From assembly GCA_040218735.1 (NCBI GenBank), contig JAVJQW010000062.1:288001-352000 (forward strand): a DNA stretch of 64,000 nucleotides, read 5' to 3'. The notes beneath the pieces were generated by a model, which had not been told where the DNA came from, did no database searches, and saw only the letters and a list, made by a program, of their open reading frames with translations. This DNA is from Deltaproteobacteria bacterium (GTDB taxonomy: Bacteria; Myxococcota; Kuafuiibacteriia; Kuafuiibacteriales; Kuafuiibacteriaceae). Position numbers and translations under genes: made by a program. The first letter of the stretch is position 1. Each line of letters starts with the position of its first letter. Positions 18,301-27,712 of this stretch are shown here, piece by piece.

Positions 18301-21300
18301 ACGTGGCTGCGCTCGCGTCCGGAACGGTCGCCGCCGTCGCCCTGGTGCGCGTCGACCCGAGCGCAGCGCTTGCGTTGTGGCTCCTCGTCGTCGCGTCGGT
18401 CGTGCTCCGCTGGGTACGGGCGACGCCCCGGCTCGGCACTTTGACGCTCGTCGCTGGCACGGCGGCCACGCTCGGGTGGTTCGAACCACGGCTCCTGTTG
18501 GCGCCCGCCGCGTTCACGATCGCACTGGCGCTCCTACGCTCGGCTTCGTCGCGCCGGATGAGGATCGCGGCGTTGCTGGCCGCCGTGCTCGCAACGATCG
18601 CCACCGCCGACACAATCGAAGCGATCCCCTTCGCGCTGGGACTCCTCGGCGCGGCGACGATCGCGATCCACGCGCTAACGAACGGCGCCCGCCGAATCGG
18701 CGCCGCGCTCGCCGCAACCACCGCGTTCGCCGCCGCCGTCGAGCTCGCCCCTGAAGCGCTCCTCGTCGCGCTCGCCTTCCTCGTCCCGCTCGTCTACACC
18801 CGCTGGCGCCACCGCCCCGCAGGCGCACGCGCGACGCGCGGCCATCACGGCGCTGCGGAGCTCGAGGGCCTCACCTCGGCGACCGAAGTCGGCATCAAGG
18901 ACGACAACCGCGTACGCACGGCGAACGACGACGCATCGCCCGAGGTCGCCATCGCCCAGGCTCCACACGTCTTCGAAGGCGCTCCTCATCAGACCGCCAG
19001 CGGCGAGGCTCCGCACATCATCGAGAACGCACCCCATGGCGTGACCCTCGGCGAGCCCCCGCTCATCTTCGGCGACGCCCCCCCCGAGGCCACCACCGCC
19101 GAGGCTCCACGCTTCGTGGACGACGCACCGCCCAAGGCCAACACCGCCGAGGCTCCACGCGTCGTCGGCGACGCAGCGCCCGACGGCATCCGCGGCGAAC
19201 ACTCCATTCACCGCGCCCTCGGCGACGCGGCGACGTCGCACGATTCCAGCGCACGGCACGGCGTCGGCACGCCATCGCCCGACGACGAAGTTCACGGCGC
19301 CGCCTCCCACTCGCATGCCACCCCGCAGGCCGAAGCGGCACCCGAGGCGTTCCTCGCGTTCGACTTCGAGGCGCTGGTCGACGTCGCCAACACTCGCGCC
19401 CGCCGAGCGACCTCGCCGTGGTGCCTCCTCCTCCTGGTGGCCCCGCTCCTCGCGCTGATCGGGACCGCCTCCGTCACGGCGGGGACGCCGTTCGCCTCGG
19501 CGCTCCCGTCCGCGTTTGCGCTCGTGCTCGGGATGACGATCGTCGGCCGCCCGTGGCGGTCGCTCGCACCGCTCCTCGCGGCGTGGGGTGGATTCGTCCT
19601 CGCCCTCCTCGCGGAGCGCGCGCTCGACCTCCCGCTCGCGATCGGCACCAGCGTCGTCGCCTTCGTCGGTACCATGGCCTGCCGACTCCACGCGTCACGC
19701 CGCCAACCACCGCCCCTGCTCCCGCGTCTCGCGACGGCCCTCGCCATCGTGGCGGCGATCCTCACCGTCTCCATCGATGCGCCCTTCGTGATCCTCCGCA
19801 GCCCGTACACGTTCGCCGGCTGGTTCGCCTGGCTCGCGGCGCTCGGCACGCTCCTGTACGCCGTCACCGGTCTCCGCTGGGTACACGCGCTCGTCTTGAT
19901 CACCGCGACCCTCGGAGGCCTCGCCCCCCTCTTCGATCTCATCGAAGGCATCACGAACCTCCCGAACGGGACGAGCTACCTGTGGGCGCACGTCCTCGCC
20001 ACGGGGCTCCTCGCGACCCTCCCCTCGCTCCACCAGACCGACCGCGGCGCGGGTTTCTTCAAACGCCCGTTCACCCCCGGCGTCCCGGCGTTCGTCGTCG
20101 TGTTGATGCTCGCCGTCGGCGCGATCGTCGCGGTCGCGCTCCAGGTGAGCGGCGGCCACGTGGTGTCGCTCCCGATCCTCGGCCTCACGCTCGCCGCTGT
20201 CTTCGTCGCTCACACCCACCGCGCACGTTTCACCGGCCACGCCGCCGTGCTGACCGTCCTCTCGCTCGGCCTCCACGTCGGCGCGGATCTGTACGCGCTC
20301 CCGGGCGCCGCCGTCGGTACCGCGGCCGCCGCGCTCGGCATCCTCGCGTGGGGCCGAGGTCGCCCCTCCGCGAACGTCGTCGCGTTCACGGCGATCGGCG
20401 TCGCGGTCTGCATGACCCGACTCGCGACGCACGGCTTCTCCACCAGCCTCGTCCTCGCGATCCTCACCGCGGGCCTCGCGCTGCTCTACACCCGCACTCC
20501 GCGCCGCGAAGTGTTGATGCTCGGCGCGCTCGCGGCCGCCGGCTCTACGACGTGGGGTTGGTTCGGCGTCGGGCGGATCCTCTCCACGGGGCAGGGGCCG
20601 GTTCACATCGTCCCGTTCGTCGCGTCCGGCTTCCTCGCGGTCGCCGCCCTCCTCTACGTGCTGAGGCTCGTCTACGCGCCGCCGCTCCCGCGCGGCGACG
20701 AAGAGCGCCACTTCGATCGACCGCTCGCGGGCGCACGCCGCATCCTCGTCGCCGCCGCGGTGCTGGCCACCGCGGGCCACGTCGCCATCGTCACCGAACC
20801 GCGCACGCTCGCGCTCCTGTTGAACCTCGCCGTGGTGTCCGTCGGCCTCGCGACGTTCGCCCGCGCAGCGCAGCGCCGAGGCCGAGGGGTCGACGCCCTC
20901 CTGGTCCAGGCGACGCTCTTCGTCGCGTGGTGTCTGCTACGACGCCAATTCGCGTTCCTCGCAGGCGTGGCTCACGCCGACGCCTACGCGATGCTCGCCG
21001 CGGCCTTCGCGTACACCGGCGTGCACGCGCTCGTGCAGCGCGGCGCGCTCGCGCCGGCCTACGCCCGCTCCGCCCGCCTGTTCTCGATGTTGCTGCCGGT
21101 GGGCGCAGCGCTCTTCTTCGAGCCCGACGTCTCCTGGCGCACGTGCGCGATGATGACCGGCGCCTCCCTCGCCTACGCGTTCGCCGCGCGGATCGGTGTC
21201 GCCCGCATCGCTGCGCCGCTCGCGACGATCCTCCTCAACGCCGCAACCGTCGTCGCCTGGGTGAAGGCCGGCGTTCAGGATCCGCAGCTGTACGCGCTCC

Positions 21301-21722
21301 CGATCGGCGCGAGTTGCCTCTTCCTCGCGCACCTGTACCGCGAAGAGCTCTCCGACAGCGCCGTCGCGACGATCCGCGTCATCGCGCTGTTCGGCGTCTA
21401 TCTGTCGAGCTTCGTCTCGGTCCTCACCTTCGACGCCCCCTCGCACAGCCTCGTCATGGCCGTCCTCGCGGTGCTCGGAGCCCTCGCGGGGGTCACACTG
21501 CGCGTCCGGAGCTACCTGCTCCTCGGCGCCGGGTTCCTCGTCGTAGATCTTGGAACCTCGGTCGTGCGTTTTGGTCTGTCAGGACAGACCGCGGCGACCC
21601 TGGTGCTCACGTGCCTGGGTCTTTCGCTGCTCGGCGGGTTGGTCGTCTGGTCTTTGAACCGGCGCCGGATCGTCGACTGGTGCACCGCGTTCGGAATCGA
21701 GGTGCGGCAGTGGGAGGTGTAA
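15360..21722 (+). CDS. Giant polytopic membrane protein of unknown function (DUF2157/DUF2339-like)
   Basis: About 2120 aa with dozens of hydrophobic segments. N-terminus LWFIGVVLVLAGSLYF; C-terminus QLYALPIG...LRVRSYLLLG...WEV. Confidence 0.8.
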   Translation: MTTLSSPGPCPEDRTRSPERRDRSSRPTPSLPDDALDLLDDPIDDGPAAVSSLLSRARLPITAEGILWFIGVVLVLAGSLYFTESNWDRWSPPVRASVVTIGLVLYQALFVGLAAFLAARRAPALPVRVLAGLGAALVVMIGWSAAALAGHVLVLAIAAVIAAAALATVAMRVGDVRAEARGVARWMGAAAGAVMIAMTCSRQPALLATSVAAVATLLLARATWAAATASRGVFGFAATYAAYLGVATTVGAATHPDVVPAWIFAPAIAAVAVVVDGAALRRVAGGAATRIVVMVASVTALGFALTSNIAPVAGRVAVLVTAALATWALFVRARRDGRRLPMALAVVSGLFVYFFLPAPFTAVIELVLSSAKSALGYDDRPLPVAYYGVTFVPYLAAWWIAERRGIFGGLASAVRLVLFGVAATLITLAFTQWSDPRPVLFTVPIYILALAIDARIGRTNRVARFATVPLHAACVLVVLYALRGTHAWLGADVWFFGLAAAAAALAPWARGVLAAPAEQTATARRTIVRSYATAAALAALAGPLVIFGVGLPIDPGLLIATLALTSAALLTFASPRVELNAIALLGALAVGIASRPELAAPITVCVAAAWGVLGIVPGGATSLAARRLAPLGALASALLALLGGGAWWPAAVAILVLTASAIRSPWWIVAAGLVSAALSARLAPELGLPGPLTVGAVACILSWLAHVLGARCRAAASSSAGAAVTNEPRPAAQSASPASELASSEAGGTEAYAMNHGADRAKPGAHADERSESHPAYRRAGRAELASSAALSSNADERSEATAAHPRRAGAAEPGSNADERNESTAAHPRRAGEAEPGSNADERFESTAAPPRRAGAAEPGSNADERFESTAAHPRRAGAAEPGSKVEERNESTAAHPRRAGEAEPGSNADERFESTAAPPRRAGAAEPGSKVEERNEANPVHRRAGRAELGAGDAPPTPAPQGVAKIVSAALARFAAPLDVAALASGTVAAVALVRVDPSAALALWLLVVASVVLRWVRATPRLGTLTLVAGTAATLGWFEPRLLLAPAAFTIALALLRSASSRRMRIAALLAAVLATIATADTIEAIPFALGLLGAATIAIHALTNGARRIGAALAATTAFAAAVELAPEALLVALAFLVPLVYTRWRHRPAGARATRGHHGAAELEGLTSATEVGIKDDNRVRTANDDASPEVAIAQAPHVFEGAPHQTASGEAPHIIENAPHGVTLGEPPLIFGDAPPEATTAEAPRFVDDAPPKANTAEAPRVVGDAAPDGIRGEHSIHRALGDAATSHDSSARHGVGTPSPDDEVHGAASHSHATPQAEAAPEAFLAFDFEALVDVANTRARRATSPWCLLLLVAPLLALIGTASVTAGTPFASALPSAFALVLGMTIVGRPWRSLAPLLAAWGGFVLALLAERALDLPLAIGTSVVAFVGTMACRLHASRRQPPPLLPRLATALAIVAAILTVSIDAPFVILRSPYTFAGWFAWLAALGTLLYAVTGLRWVHALVLITATLGGLAPLFDLIEGITNLPNGTSYLWAHVLATGLLATLPSLHQTDRGAGFFKRPFTPGVPAFVVVLMLAVGAIVAVALQVSGGHVVSLPILGLTLAAVFVAHTHRARFTGHAAVLTVLSLGLHVGADLYALPGAAVGTAAAALGILAWGRGRPSANVVAFTAIGVAVCMTRLATHGFSTSLVLAILTAGLALLYTRTPRREVLMLGALAAAGSTTWGWFGVGRILSTGQGPVHIVPFVASGFLAVAALLYVLRLVYAPPLPRGDEERHFDRPLAGARRILVAAAVLATAGHVAIVTEPRTLALLLNLAVVSVGLATFARAAQRRGRGVDALLVQATLFVAWCLLRRQFAFLAGVAHADAYAMLAAAFAYTGVHALVQRGALAPAYARSARLFSMLLPVGAALFFEPDVSWRTCAMMTGASLAYAFAARIGVARIAAPLATILLNAATVVAWVKAGVQDPQLYALPIGASCLFLAHLYREELSDSAVATIRVIALFGVYLSSFVSVLTFDAPSHSLVMAVLAVLGALAGVTLRVRSYLLLGAGFLVVDLGTSVVRFGLSGQTAATLVLTCLGLSLLGGLVVWSLNRRRIVDWCTAFGIEVRQWEV
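17734..18216 (+). repeat. In-frame 69-bp (23-aa) tandem repeat, about 7 copies
   Basis: GCTCGAA recurs at 17734, 17803, 17872, 17941, 18010, 18079 and 18148; unit SNADERxESTAAxPRRAGxAEPG. Confidence 0.95.
18950..19200 (+). repeat. In-frame degenerate 48-bp (16-aa) repeat, about 5 copies
   Basis: AQAPHVFEGAPHQTAS / GEAPHIIENAPHGVTL / GEPPLIFGDAPPEATT / AEAPRFVDDAPPKANT / AEAPRVVGDAAPDGIR. Confidence 0.8.
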
Positions 21723-21838
21723 AGCACGTGGTCAGTCGCGCAACCATCGACCGTGGTCGACGGCACCACGCCTCCGGTTTCTCCAATCATTTTCAACACA
21801 AAGTCAGGAGCACACCCCTTGCGTAAGCCAACCGCACG

Positions 21839-22336
21839 ATGTCGACCCACACCGAGACCCGATCGATCTACAGCCACGTGAAGACCCAAGAGCGCACCAC
21901 GACCCGCAAGGCGCGCCAGGCGCGCCGGCACCGCGCCCGTCAGCGCATCACCGCCGACGCCGAGGCCCCCGGGCTCCGCGTCGAACGCATCCGCCCGATC
22001 CGCGAGATGCTGCGCGTGTACGCCGACGCCGATCACGTCCGCGCGTGCCCCCTCACCGGCTACCTGTCGGTGCTCGAAGCCGAAGTGACGATGCTCGAGC
22101 GCTGGGCCAACGGCCGCACGCAGGACGAGCAGCGCGCGGGCCCGACGATCCGCCGCGCGCTGGAGCTCCTCCGCGCCTTCAGCCGAATCTCGGTGCTCGA
22201 CTTCTCCGACGTCCCCGACGAGGACCGCCCGAAGCTCGTCGCGCTGCTCGCCCTCGAGCATCGCTGGTGCTACGCGGCGGCCGGGACGTCCCGAGAGCAC
22301 TTCAAGGTCGCGACGGGGCGCACCGGAGCGCGCTGA
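21839..22336 (+). CDS. Hypothetical protein
   Basis: 165-aa ORF with GC3-rich codons filling the gap; no family recognised. Confidence 0.7.
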   Translation: MSTHTETRSIYSHVKTQERTTTRKARQARRHRARQRITADAEAPGLRVERIRPIREMLRVYADADHVRACPLTGYLSVLEAEVTMLERWANGRTQDEQRAGPTIRRALELLRAFSRISVLDFSDVPDEDRPKLVALLALEHRWCYAAAGTSREHFKVATGRTGAR

Positions 22337-22355
22337 CGCCGCGCGCTTCGGAGAC

Positions 22356-23111
22356 CTAACCGATCTCGACCATCACACACGTGATGTTGTCCTTGCCGCC
22401 CCGCGAGTTGGCGAGGTCGATGAAGGACTGGCAGCTCTGCTCGAGCGTCGCGTTCACGACGATCGGCGCGATCTCCGGCGTCTCGAGGTAGCCGTGCAGC
22501 CCGTCCGAGCACAGCAGGTACCTATCACCCGGTTGGATCGGCACGACGAAGGTGTCGACCTGCACGTAGTCGCGCGGACCGACGGCTCGCGTGATGACGT
22601 TCCCGCGCGGTGAGCTCTTGGCCTGCTCGGCGGTAATGAGCCCCGCCTTCATCTGGAGCTGAACCAGCGTGTGGTCCTCGGTCACCTGCCAGGTCCGCTG
22701 TCCGCGCACGAGGTACGCGCGTGAGTCACCGACGGAGCCGATGACGGCGATGTTGTGGACGACCGCCATGACGGTGATCGTGGTGCCCATCCCCTTGTTG
22801 TTCGGGTCTTGCTCGGCGATCCCGAAGACCATGTAGGTCGCAGCCTGGATTGCGCTCTCGATGAGGCGGCGAAGGGAGGCGACCGTCTCCTCCGACGGGC
22901 CGTCGACGTAAGCCTGGAGGGTCTCGGAGCCACGCCGCACCATCCCGTGCACGGCTTCGACGGCCTCCCAGGAAGCCACCTCGCCGGCGGCGTGTCCGCC
23001 CATACCGTCCGCCACGACGTACAGGCCGATCTCGTCCGTCGCGAGGTAGGCGTCCTCGTTGTGGTCGCGCTTCATCCCCACATGGGTCAGCGCCGAAGAG
23101 GTACACCGCAT
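22356..23111 (-). CDS. PP2C-family Ser/Thr protein phosphatase (Stp1/PrpC-like)
   Basis: NEDA, VADGMGGHAAGEVAS, MGTT, VGDSRAY, LLCSDGL and GGKDNIT motifs. Confidence 0.96.
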   Translation of the reverse strand: MRCTSSALTHVGMKRDHNEDAYLATDEIGLYVVADGMGGHAAGEVASWEAVEAVHGMVRRGSETLQAYVDGPSEETVASLRRLIESAIQAATYMVFGIAEQDPNNKGMGTTITVMAVVHNIAVIGSVGDSRAYLVRGQRTWQVTEDHTLVQLQMKAGLITAEQAKSSPRGNVITRAVGPRDYVQVDTFVVPIQPGDRYLLCSDGLHGYLETPEIAPIVVNATLEQSCQSFIDLANSRGGKDNITCVMVEIG

Positions 23112-23284
23112 GGGCGGCCGCGAGCATAGTGCCCGACCCTTGAGGGCTCAAGCCCAACGGTGCCCGTTCGTCGCTCCCCAAGAGGTCGTTGCGATCCCAC
23201 GAAGAGAACCGATTCGAGGCCCGCGCCGCGTACGCGCGTGTCGCCCTTTGAAAACGGCCCCGAAGGCGGCATTCTCGCGCCGAT

Positions 23285-24067
23285 TTGGCTCATCGCTTGG
23301 TCCCAACGCTCTTGGCCGCCGCCGTGTTCGGCGGCGTGTTCCTCTCGCCGCTCGCGGGCCGAGCCGATCCGCAGGACGGTGCGGACGCAAACGAGAGCGC
23401 CAGCGAGGAGGCGCCCCCGCCGGCCAAGACCGATCCCCTCGCCGGCGCCGACGCGCCCGCGCCGGATCCGGGCGCCTCGACCACGACGTTGGTTCGGGGC
23501 CTCTCCTGGGACATGCGCGGCGGCCAGGTCCCCAAGTCCGGCGCGCTGGCCGAGGTTCAGCTCGGCTTCCCGGGCCTGCTGACCGCGGCGTACCACTACG
23601 CGCTGCAGCCGGGGTTCTCGGTCGGCGGCCTCGTCTCGCTCGACTACGCCTACTACGTGCCGTCGGCGGCCTGGACCACGAGCCTGATCCTCGCCGCGCC
23701 GGTCCGCTACGCCCTGCTGACGTCGGACACGATGAACGCAGCGATCCGCGCCGATCCGGGGATTCGGCTGGTGCTGGACGAGCCCTTCACGTTCGGGATC
23801 CTCGCGAACGTCGAGGGCGTGATCGGTTGGACGATCTACAACCGCTTCGTCGTCGGCCTCGGCGTCGACGTCCCGCTCGCCCTCATGATCCCCACCCGCG
23901 GCACCGTGAATCTGTCGGTCCCCGTGCTCTTCGGGCCCGTGGCCGAGATGCACCTCTCCCCGCCCCTCGCGGTCACCCTCGATGCGAAGATCGGCCCGTC
24001 GTTCAACACGTCCGGCGGGACGCAGCTCGGACTGCAGCTCCTGGTCGGCGCCGCCTACCGGCTGTAG
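23285..24067 (+). CDS. Exported hypothetical protein, probable small outer-membrane beta-barrel
   Basis: Signal peptide, acidic/Pro linker, amphipathic strands and C-terminal GAAYRL. Confidence 0.65.
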   Translation: MAHRLVPTLLAAAVFGGVFLSPLAGRADPQDGADANESASEEAPPPAKTDPLAGADAPAPDPGASTTTLVRGLSWDMRGGQVPKSGALAEVQLGFPGLLTAAYHYALQPGFSVGGLVSLDYAYYVPSAAWTTSLILAAPVRYALLTSDTMNAAIRADPGIRLVLDEPFTFGILANVEGVIGWTIYNRFVVGLGVDVPLALMIPTRGTVNLSVPVLFGPVAEMHLSPPLAVTLDAKIGPSFNTSGGTQLGLQLLVGAAYRL

Positions 24068-24094
24068 TCCCGGACGGACCGCCGGCTTGAAGGC

Positions 24095-24682
24095 TCAGTC
24101 GAAGTAGTAGTGGAACCCGACGAGCGCGCCGCCCGTGGTGGCGGCCGAGAAAACGAAGGGATCGAACTCGAACTGCAGGGGCAGGAACAGCGCCGCGTCG
24201 AACGCGAGCTGGGGCAGTGACGGGACGCGATACTCGACCGCGAACATCGGCCCGAACGTCAACGCGATCGCCGTCGACTCCTGCTTTGCGATCCCGAACA
24301 GCAGACCCCCGCCGAGCATCGGCCTCAGCGGGCCATCGGCGAGGCTGAACCCCACCAGCGCTCCAGCGTTGAGCCGGAACGTCACCGGGTCACCGGAGCG
24401 AAAGCCGATCCCGACGAGCGGTTCGACCATCAGCTTGCCGGTCCACAGCCGGAGCGAGACCCCCGGGCTCAGCGTCACCGCCGATCCCGCGCCGGGGATC
24501 GTGCCGATCGCCGGGAGGAGCGTCGTGTTGACGCCGACCCCGAACGCCGCCGACGCGCTCGGGTCGGCCGCGGGCGCTTCAATGTCGTCGAGACCGAGGT
24601 CTCCGACGTCGTAGCTCTTGGATTCTCCGTTGTCCTGCGCGCTCGCGACGACGAGCGCGGCTACCAGCAGCGCCGCGTTCAT
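24095..24682 (-). CDS. Exported hypothetical protein, probable small outer-membrane beta-barrel
   Basis: Signal peptide MNAALLVAALVVASA, Gly-rich strands and C-terminal GFHYYFD. Confidence 0.65.
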   Translation of the reverse strand: MNAALLVAALVVASAQDNGESKSYDVGDLGLDDIEAPAADPSASAAFGVGVNTTLLPAIGTIPGAGSAVTLSPGVSLRLWTGKLMVEPLVGIGFRSGDPVTFRLNAGALVGFSLADGPLRPMLGGGLLFGIAKQESTAIALTFGPMFAVEYRVPSLPQLAFDAALFLPLQFEFDPFVFSAATTGGALVGFHYYFD

Positions 24683-24720
24683 ACCCGAGGGGTATCACGA
24701 CGCCGGGTTCACCTCGAAAT

Positions 24721-25974
24721 TTAGAACTTCTTCATCACCAGCGAAGCGTTGGTCCCGCCGAACCCGAAGGAGTTCGACAGCGCGGCGCGGATGGGCCGCT
24801 CCTGCTTCGTGTGCGCGCAGAGGTCGAGGTCACAACCCGGCGACGGGTTGTCGAGGTTGATGGTCGGCGGCACGACGTCGTGGAACAGCGCCTTCGCCGT
24901 GATGACCGCTTCGACCGCGCCGGCCGCACCGAGCATGTGCCCGTGCATCGACTTCGTCGAAGAGACCACCAGGTTCTTCGCGTGATCCCCGAACACCGCC
25001 TTGAGCGCCTCGATCTCCTGGACGTCGCCGACCGGCGTCGAGGTGCCGTGCGCGTTGATGTAGTCCAACGCGTCCGGTTCGAGGTTCGCGTCCGCGAGCG
25101 CCATTCGCATGCAGCGACGGGCGCCTTCGCCGTCGGGCTGCGTGATGTGGAACGCGTCCGCGGTCGATCCGTAGCCGACGATCTCCGCGTAGATGCGCGC
25201 GTCCCGCGCGAGCGCGTGCTCGAGGGTCTCGATCACGACGATCGCCGCGCCCTCGCCCATCACGAAGCCGTCCCGATCCTGATCCCACGGACGCGACGCC
25301 TTCTCGGGCTCGTCGTTCCGCTTGGACAGCGCCTTCATCGCGTTGAAGCCGCCGACACCGAGCTCGGTGATCGTCGCTTCGGCACCGCCGGTGATCACGA
25401 CGTCACAGACGCCGCGCCGGATGTGCTCGACCGCCTCGCCGATCGCGTGCGCGCTCGTCGCGCACGCCGACACCGGCGACCAGTTCGGCCCCTTCGCGCC
25501 CGTACGGATCGAGATCTGCCCGGGGGCGAGGTTCACGATCAACGCGGGGATGAAGAACGGGGAGATCTTGCCCGGGCCGCGCTCGGCGAGCACCTTCGCG
25601 GTGCTCTCGATCGTCGCGAGACCACCGAGGCCCGCGCCGACGATCACGCCGACACGCTCGGCCTCGTCCGGCGCCACCTGATACTTCGCGTCCTCCATCG
25701 CCATGTCGCACGAGGCGATGGCGAACTGGATGAAGCGATCGTTCCGGCGGACGTCCTTCGGGCCCATCCACTTCGCGGGGTCGAAGTCGGAGACCTCGCC
25801 GGCGAAGTGGGTGTCGAAGCGGGTCGAGTCGAACTGGGTGATCGGCCCGATCCCACTCTTGCCTGCGAGCAGGGACTCCCACGTCAGATCGAGGCCTGTC
25901 CCGCAGGGGGTCACGGCGCCCATTCCGGTGAGGACGACGCGCGGTCGCCCCTTGTGGTCGGTCATGCTCGTCAT
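24721..25974 (-). CDS. fabF: Beta-ketoacyl-ACP synthase II
   Basis: [28 protein letters not shown] and [10 protein letters not shown] motifs. Confidence 0.97.
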   Translation of the reverse strand: MTSMTDHKGRPRVVLTGMGAVTPCGTGLDLTWESLLAGKSGIGPITQFDSTRFDTHFAGEVSDFDPAKWMGPKDVRRNDRFIQFAIASCDMAMEDAKYQVAPDEAERVGVIVGAGLGGLATIESTAKVLAERGPGKISPFFIPALIVNLAPGQISIRTGAKGPNWSPVSACATSAHAIGEAVEHIRRGVCDVVITGGAEATITELGVGGFNAMKALSKRNDEPEKASRPWDQDRDGFVMGEGAAIVVIETLEHALARDARIYAEIVGYGSTADAFHITQPDGEGARRCMRMALADANLEPDALDYINAHGTSTPVGDVQEIEALKAVFGDHAKNLVVSSTKSMHGHMLGAAGAVEAVITAKALFHDVVPPTINLDNPSPGCDLDLCAHTKQERPIRAALSNSFGFGGTNASLVMKKF

Positions 25975-25982
25975 GGCAGGAC

Positions 25983-26225
25983 TCAGGCGGAGGGCTTGTT
26001 CTGGTTGATGTACTTGATGGCGTCCCCGACCGTCTTGATGTTCTCGGCCTCTTCGTCGGGGATCTCGATTTCGAACTCCTCTTCCATCGCCATTACGAGC
26101 TCGACGATGTCCAGGGAGTCCGCGCCGAGGTCATCGATGAACGATGCTTCCGGCTTCACCTCGTCTTCCGAGATGCCGAGCTGCTCGACGATGATCGACT
26201 TCACCTTGTCTTCGATGGACGCCAT
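25983..26225 (-). CDS. acpP: Acyl carrier protein
   Basis: [17 protein letters not shown]...[20 protein letters not shown]; ATG at 26225. Confidence 0.97.
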   Translation of the reverse strand: MASIEDKVKSIIVEQLGISEDEVKPEASFIDDLGADSLDIVELVMAMEEEFEIEIPDEEAENIKTVGDAIKYINQNKPSA

Positions 26226-26376
26226 TTCAAATTGCCTCTTGGGGTCTCGTTTGCGGTTGGGTTGGGGACCGAAATTCGAGGCCCCCCCGCAAAATCTGGG
26301 CGCGTGGTACATCAGGTTCGCCGCCAGAATCAAGTGCGGAAAACAGCCGTGATCGCGACGCTTTGTGAACGACGCC

Positions 26377-27117
26377 TCAGTTGGATGCCGTCGACGTGCT
26401 CGTCGCGGTCAGCGCCTGGATGGGGTCGAGCGTCCGCGGCGGAGGCGCCGCGGGCGGGGCCGCGGCCGGCGTCGGCGGCGTGCCCGTCTTCAGAAGCTGC
26501 AGCGCCTTGTCGAGCGCGATGGCGCGCGCTTCGCCGTCCTTGAACCGCCCGCCGCCGCCGCGCGACGAAGTGCGAAACAGTTGCGCGGCACGCGCGAGAT
26601 CTTTTTCGACGCGGTCGAGCACCCCGCGCGCTTCGACGTAGCTCGCGTCGCGCTCGAGCTCGGTGAGCGCCTTCTGTTGTTCGAGGTTGAGCCCCGGCAA
26701 CGTGCGCATCTGTTCGAGGTACTGCGCGGTGAGCTCGGGCGTCCGTTCGTTGTCGAGCGTGAGGCTGTAGTCCGCCGCGTCCTTCAGGATCCGGTACAGC
26801 GCCTGGTCGAGCTGGCGCCACTCATCGTACGTGCTCGTCCCGCGCGGCAGCTTCATACCGCCGGGGAGCTTGAAGGTCTGGTAGGCCTTGCGCAGCGAGC
26901 GATCCTTGGGGAGGAACGGATCGTGTCCGTACGGGAGCATCTTGCCCTTTCGGACCTGCACCTCGGTGGCGTCGACGATGATGAAGTAACGTCGAGCGTT
27001 GAACCACGAGGCGCCGTACAGCCCCGCGCCGACGATCCCGAGGAAGAGGAGCGTCCCGAAGATGCGCCCCAACTTCAGTCGGCGCTTGGGCTTTTTGGGG
27101 GTCTCGGTTTCGCTCAT
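26377..27117 (-). CDS. Membrane-anchored hypothetical protein (resembles a conserved myxobacterial family)
   Basis: Basic N-terminus, one TM, NARRY...KGKMLPYG motif, helical body and Pro-rich tail. Confidence 0.75.
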   Translation of the reverse strand: MSETETPKKPKRRLKLGRIFGTLLFLGIVGAGLYGASWFNARRYFIIVDATEVQVRKGKMLPYGHDPFLPKDRSLRKAYQTFKLPGGMKLPRGTSTYDEWRQLDQALYRILKDAADYSLTLDNERTPELTAQYLEQMRTLPGLNLEQQKALTELERDASYVEARGVLDRVEKDLARAAQLFRTSSRGGGGRFKDGEARAIALDKALQLLKTGTPPTPAAAPPAAPPPRTLDPIQALTATSTSTASN

Positions 27118-27175
27118 GTTCTGCTTCAGGCCAACGTGCGAGCCGATCCCAATACTCCGCTCTTCGCGGCGCGCG

Positions 27176-27700
27176 TCAATCGAGCGCCCCGATATACGGT
27201 AGATTTCGGTACAGCCCGTCGTAGTCGAGCCCGTACCCGACGACGAACCGGTCCTCGATCGTGAAGCCCAGATAGTGCGCGTCGATGTCGATCTGCCGAC
27301 GCGCGGGTTTGGACAGCAGCGAGGCGATCCGCACGCTCGCCGGCTTCCGCGTGGCGAGGTTTTCGAGGAGGTACTGCATGGTCAGTCCCGTATCGATGAT
27401 GTCCTCGACGACCAGGACGTGGCGCCCCTCGATCGCATCCCCGAGATCCTTCGTGATCGCGACGACGCCCGACGTTTCGGTCGCCGACCCGTAGGACGAC
27501 AACCCGAGGAAGTCGCACGACAGCGGTCGGTCGATGGCGCGCACCAGGTCCGCCATGAACACGAAGCTGCCCTTGAGCACGCCGACGACGGTGAGGTCAC
27601 CATCCGGGTACGCTTCGGTGATCTCGCGGCCCATCTTGTCGACGGCGCCCTGGATCTGTTCGGCGGTCAGGATCACTTCGGGGGTGGTTCGCAGCGGCAT
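27176..27700 (-). CDS. hpt: Hypoxanthine phosphoribosyltransferase
   Basis: VGVLKGSFVFMADL, LSSYG, VLVVEDIIDTGLT and FVVGYGLD motifs. Confidence 0.97.
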   Translation of the reverse strand: MPLRTTPEVILTAEQIQGAVDKMGREITEAYPDGDLTVVGVLKGSFVFMADLVRAIDRPLSCDFLGLSSYGSATETSGVVAITKDLGDAIEGRHVLVVEDIIDTGLTMQYLLENLATRKPASVRIASLLSKPARRQIDIDAHYLGFTIEDRFVVGYGLDYDGLYRNLPYIGALD

Positions 27701-27712
27701 GCTCGGGGCTCC

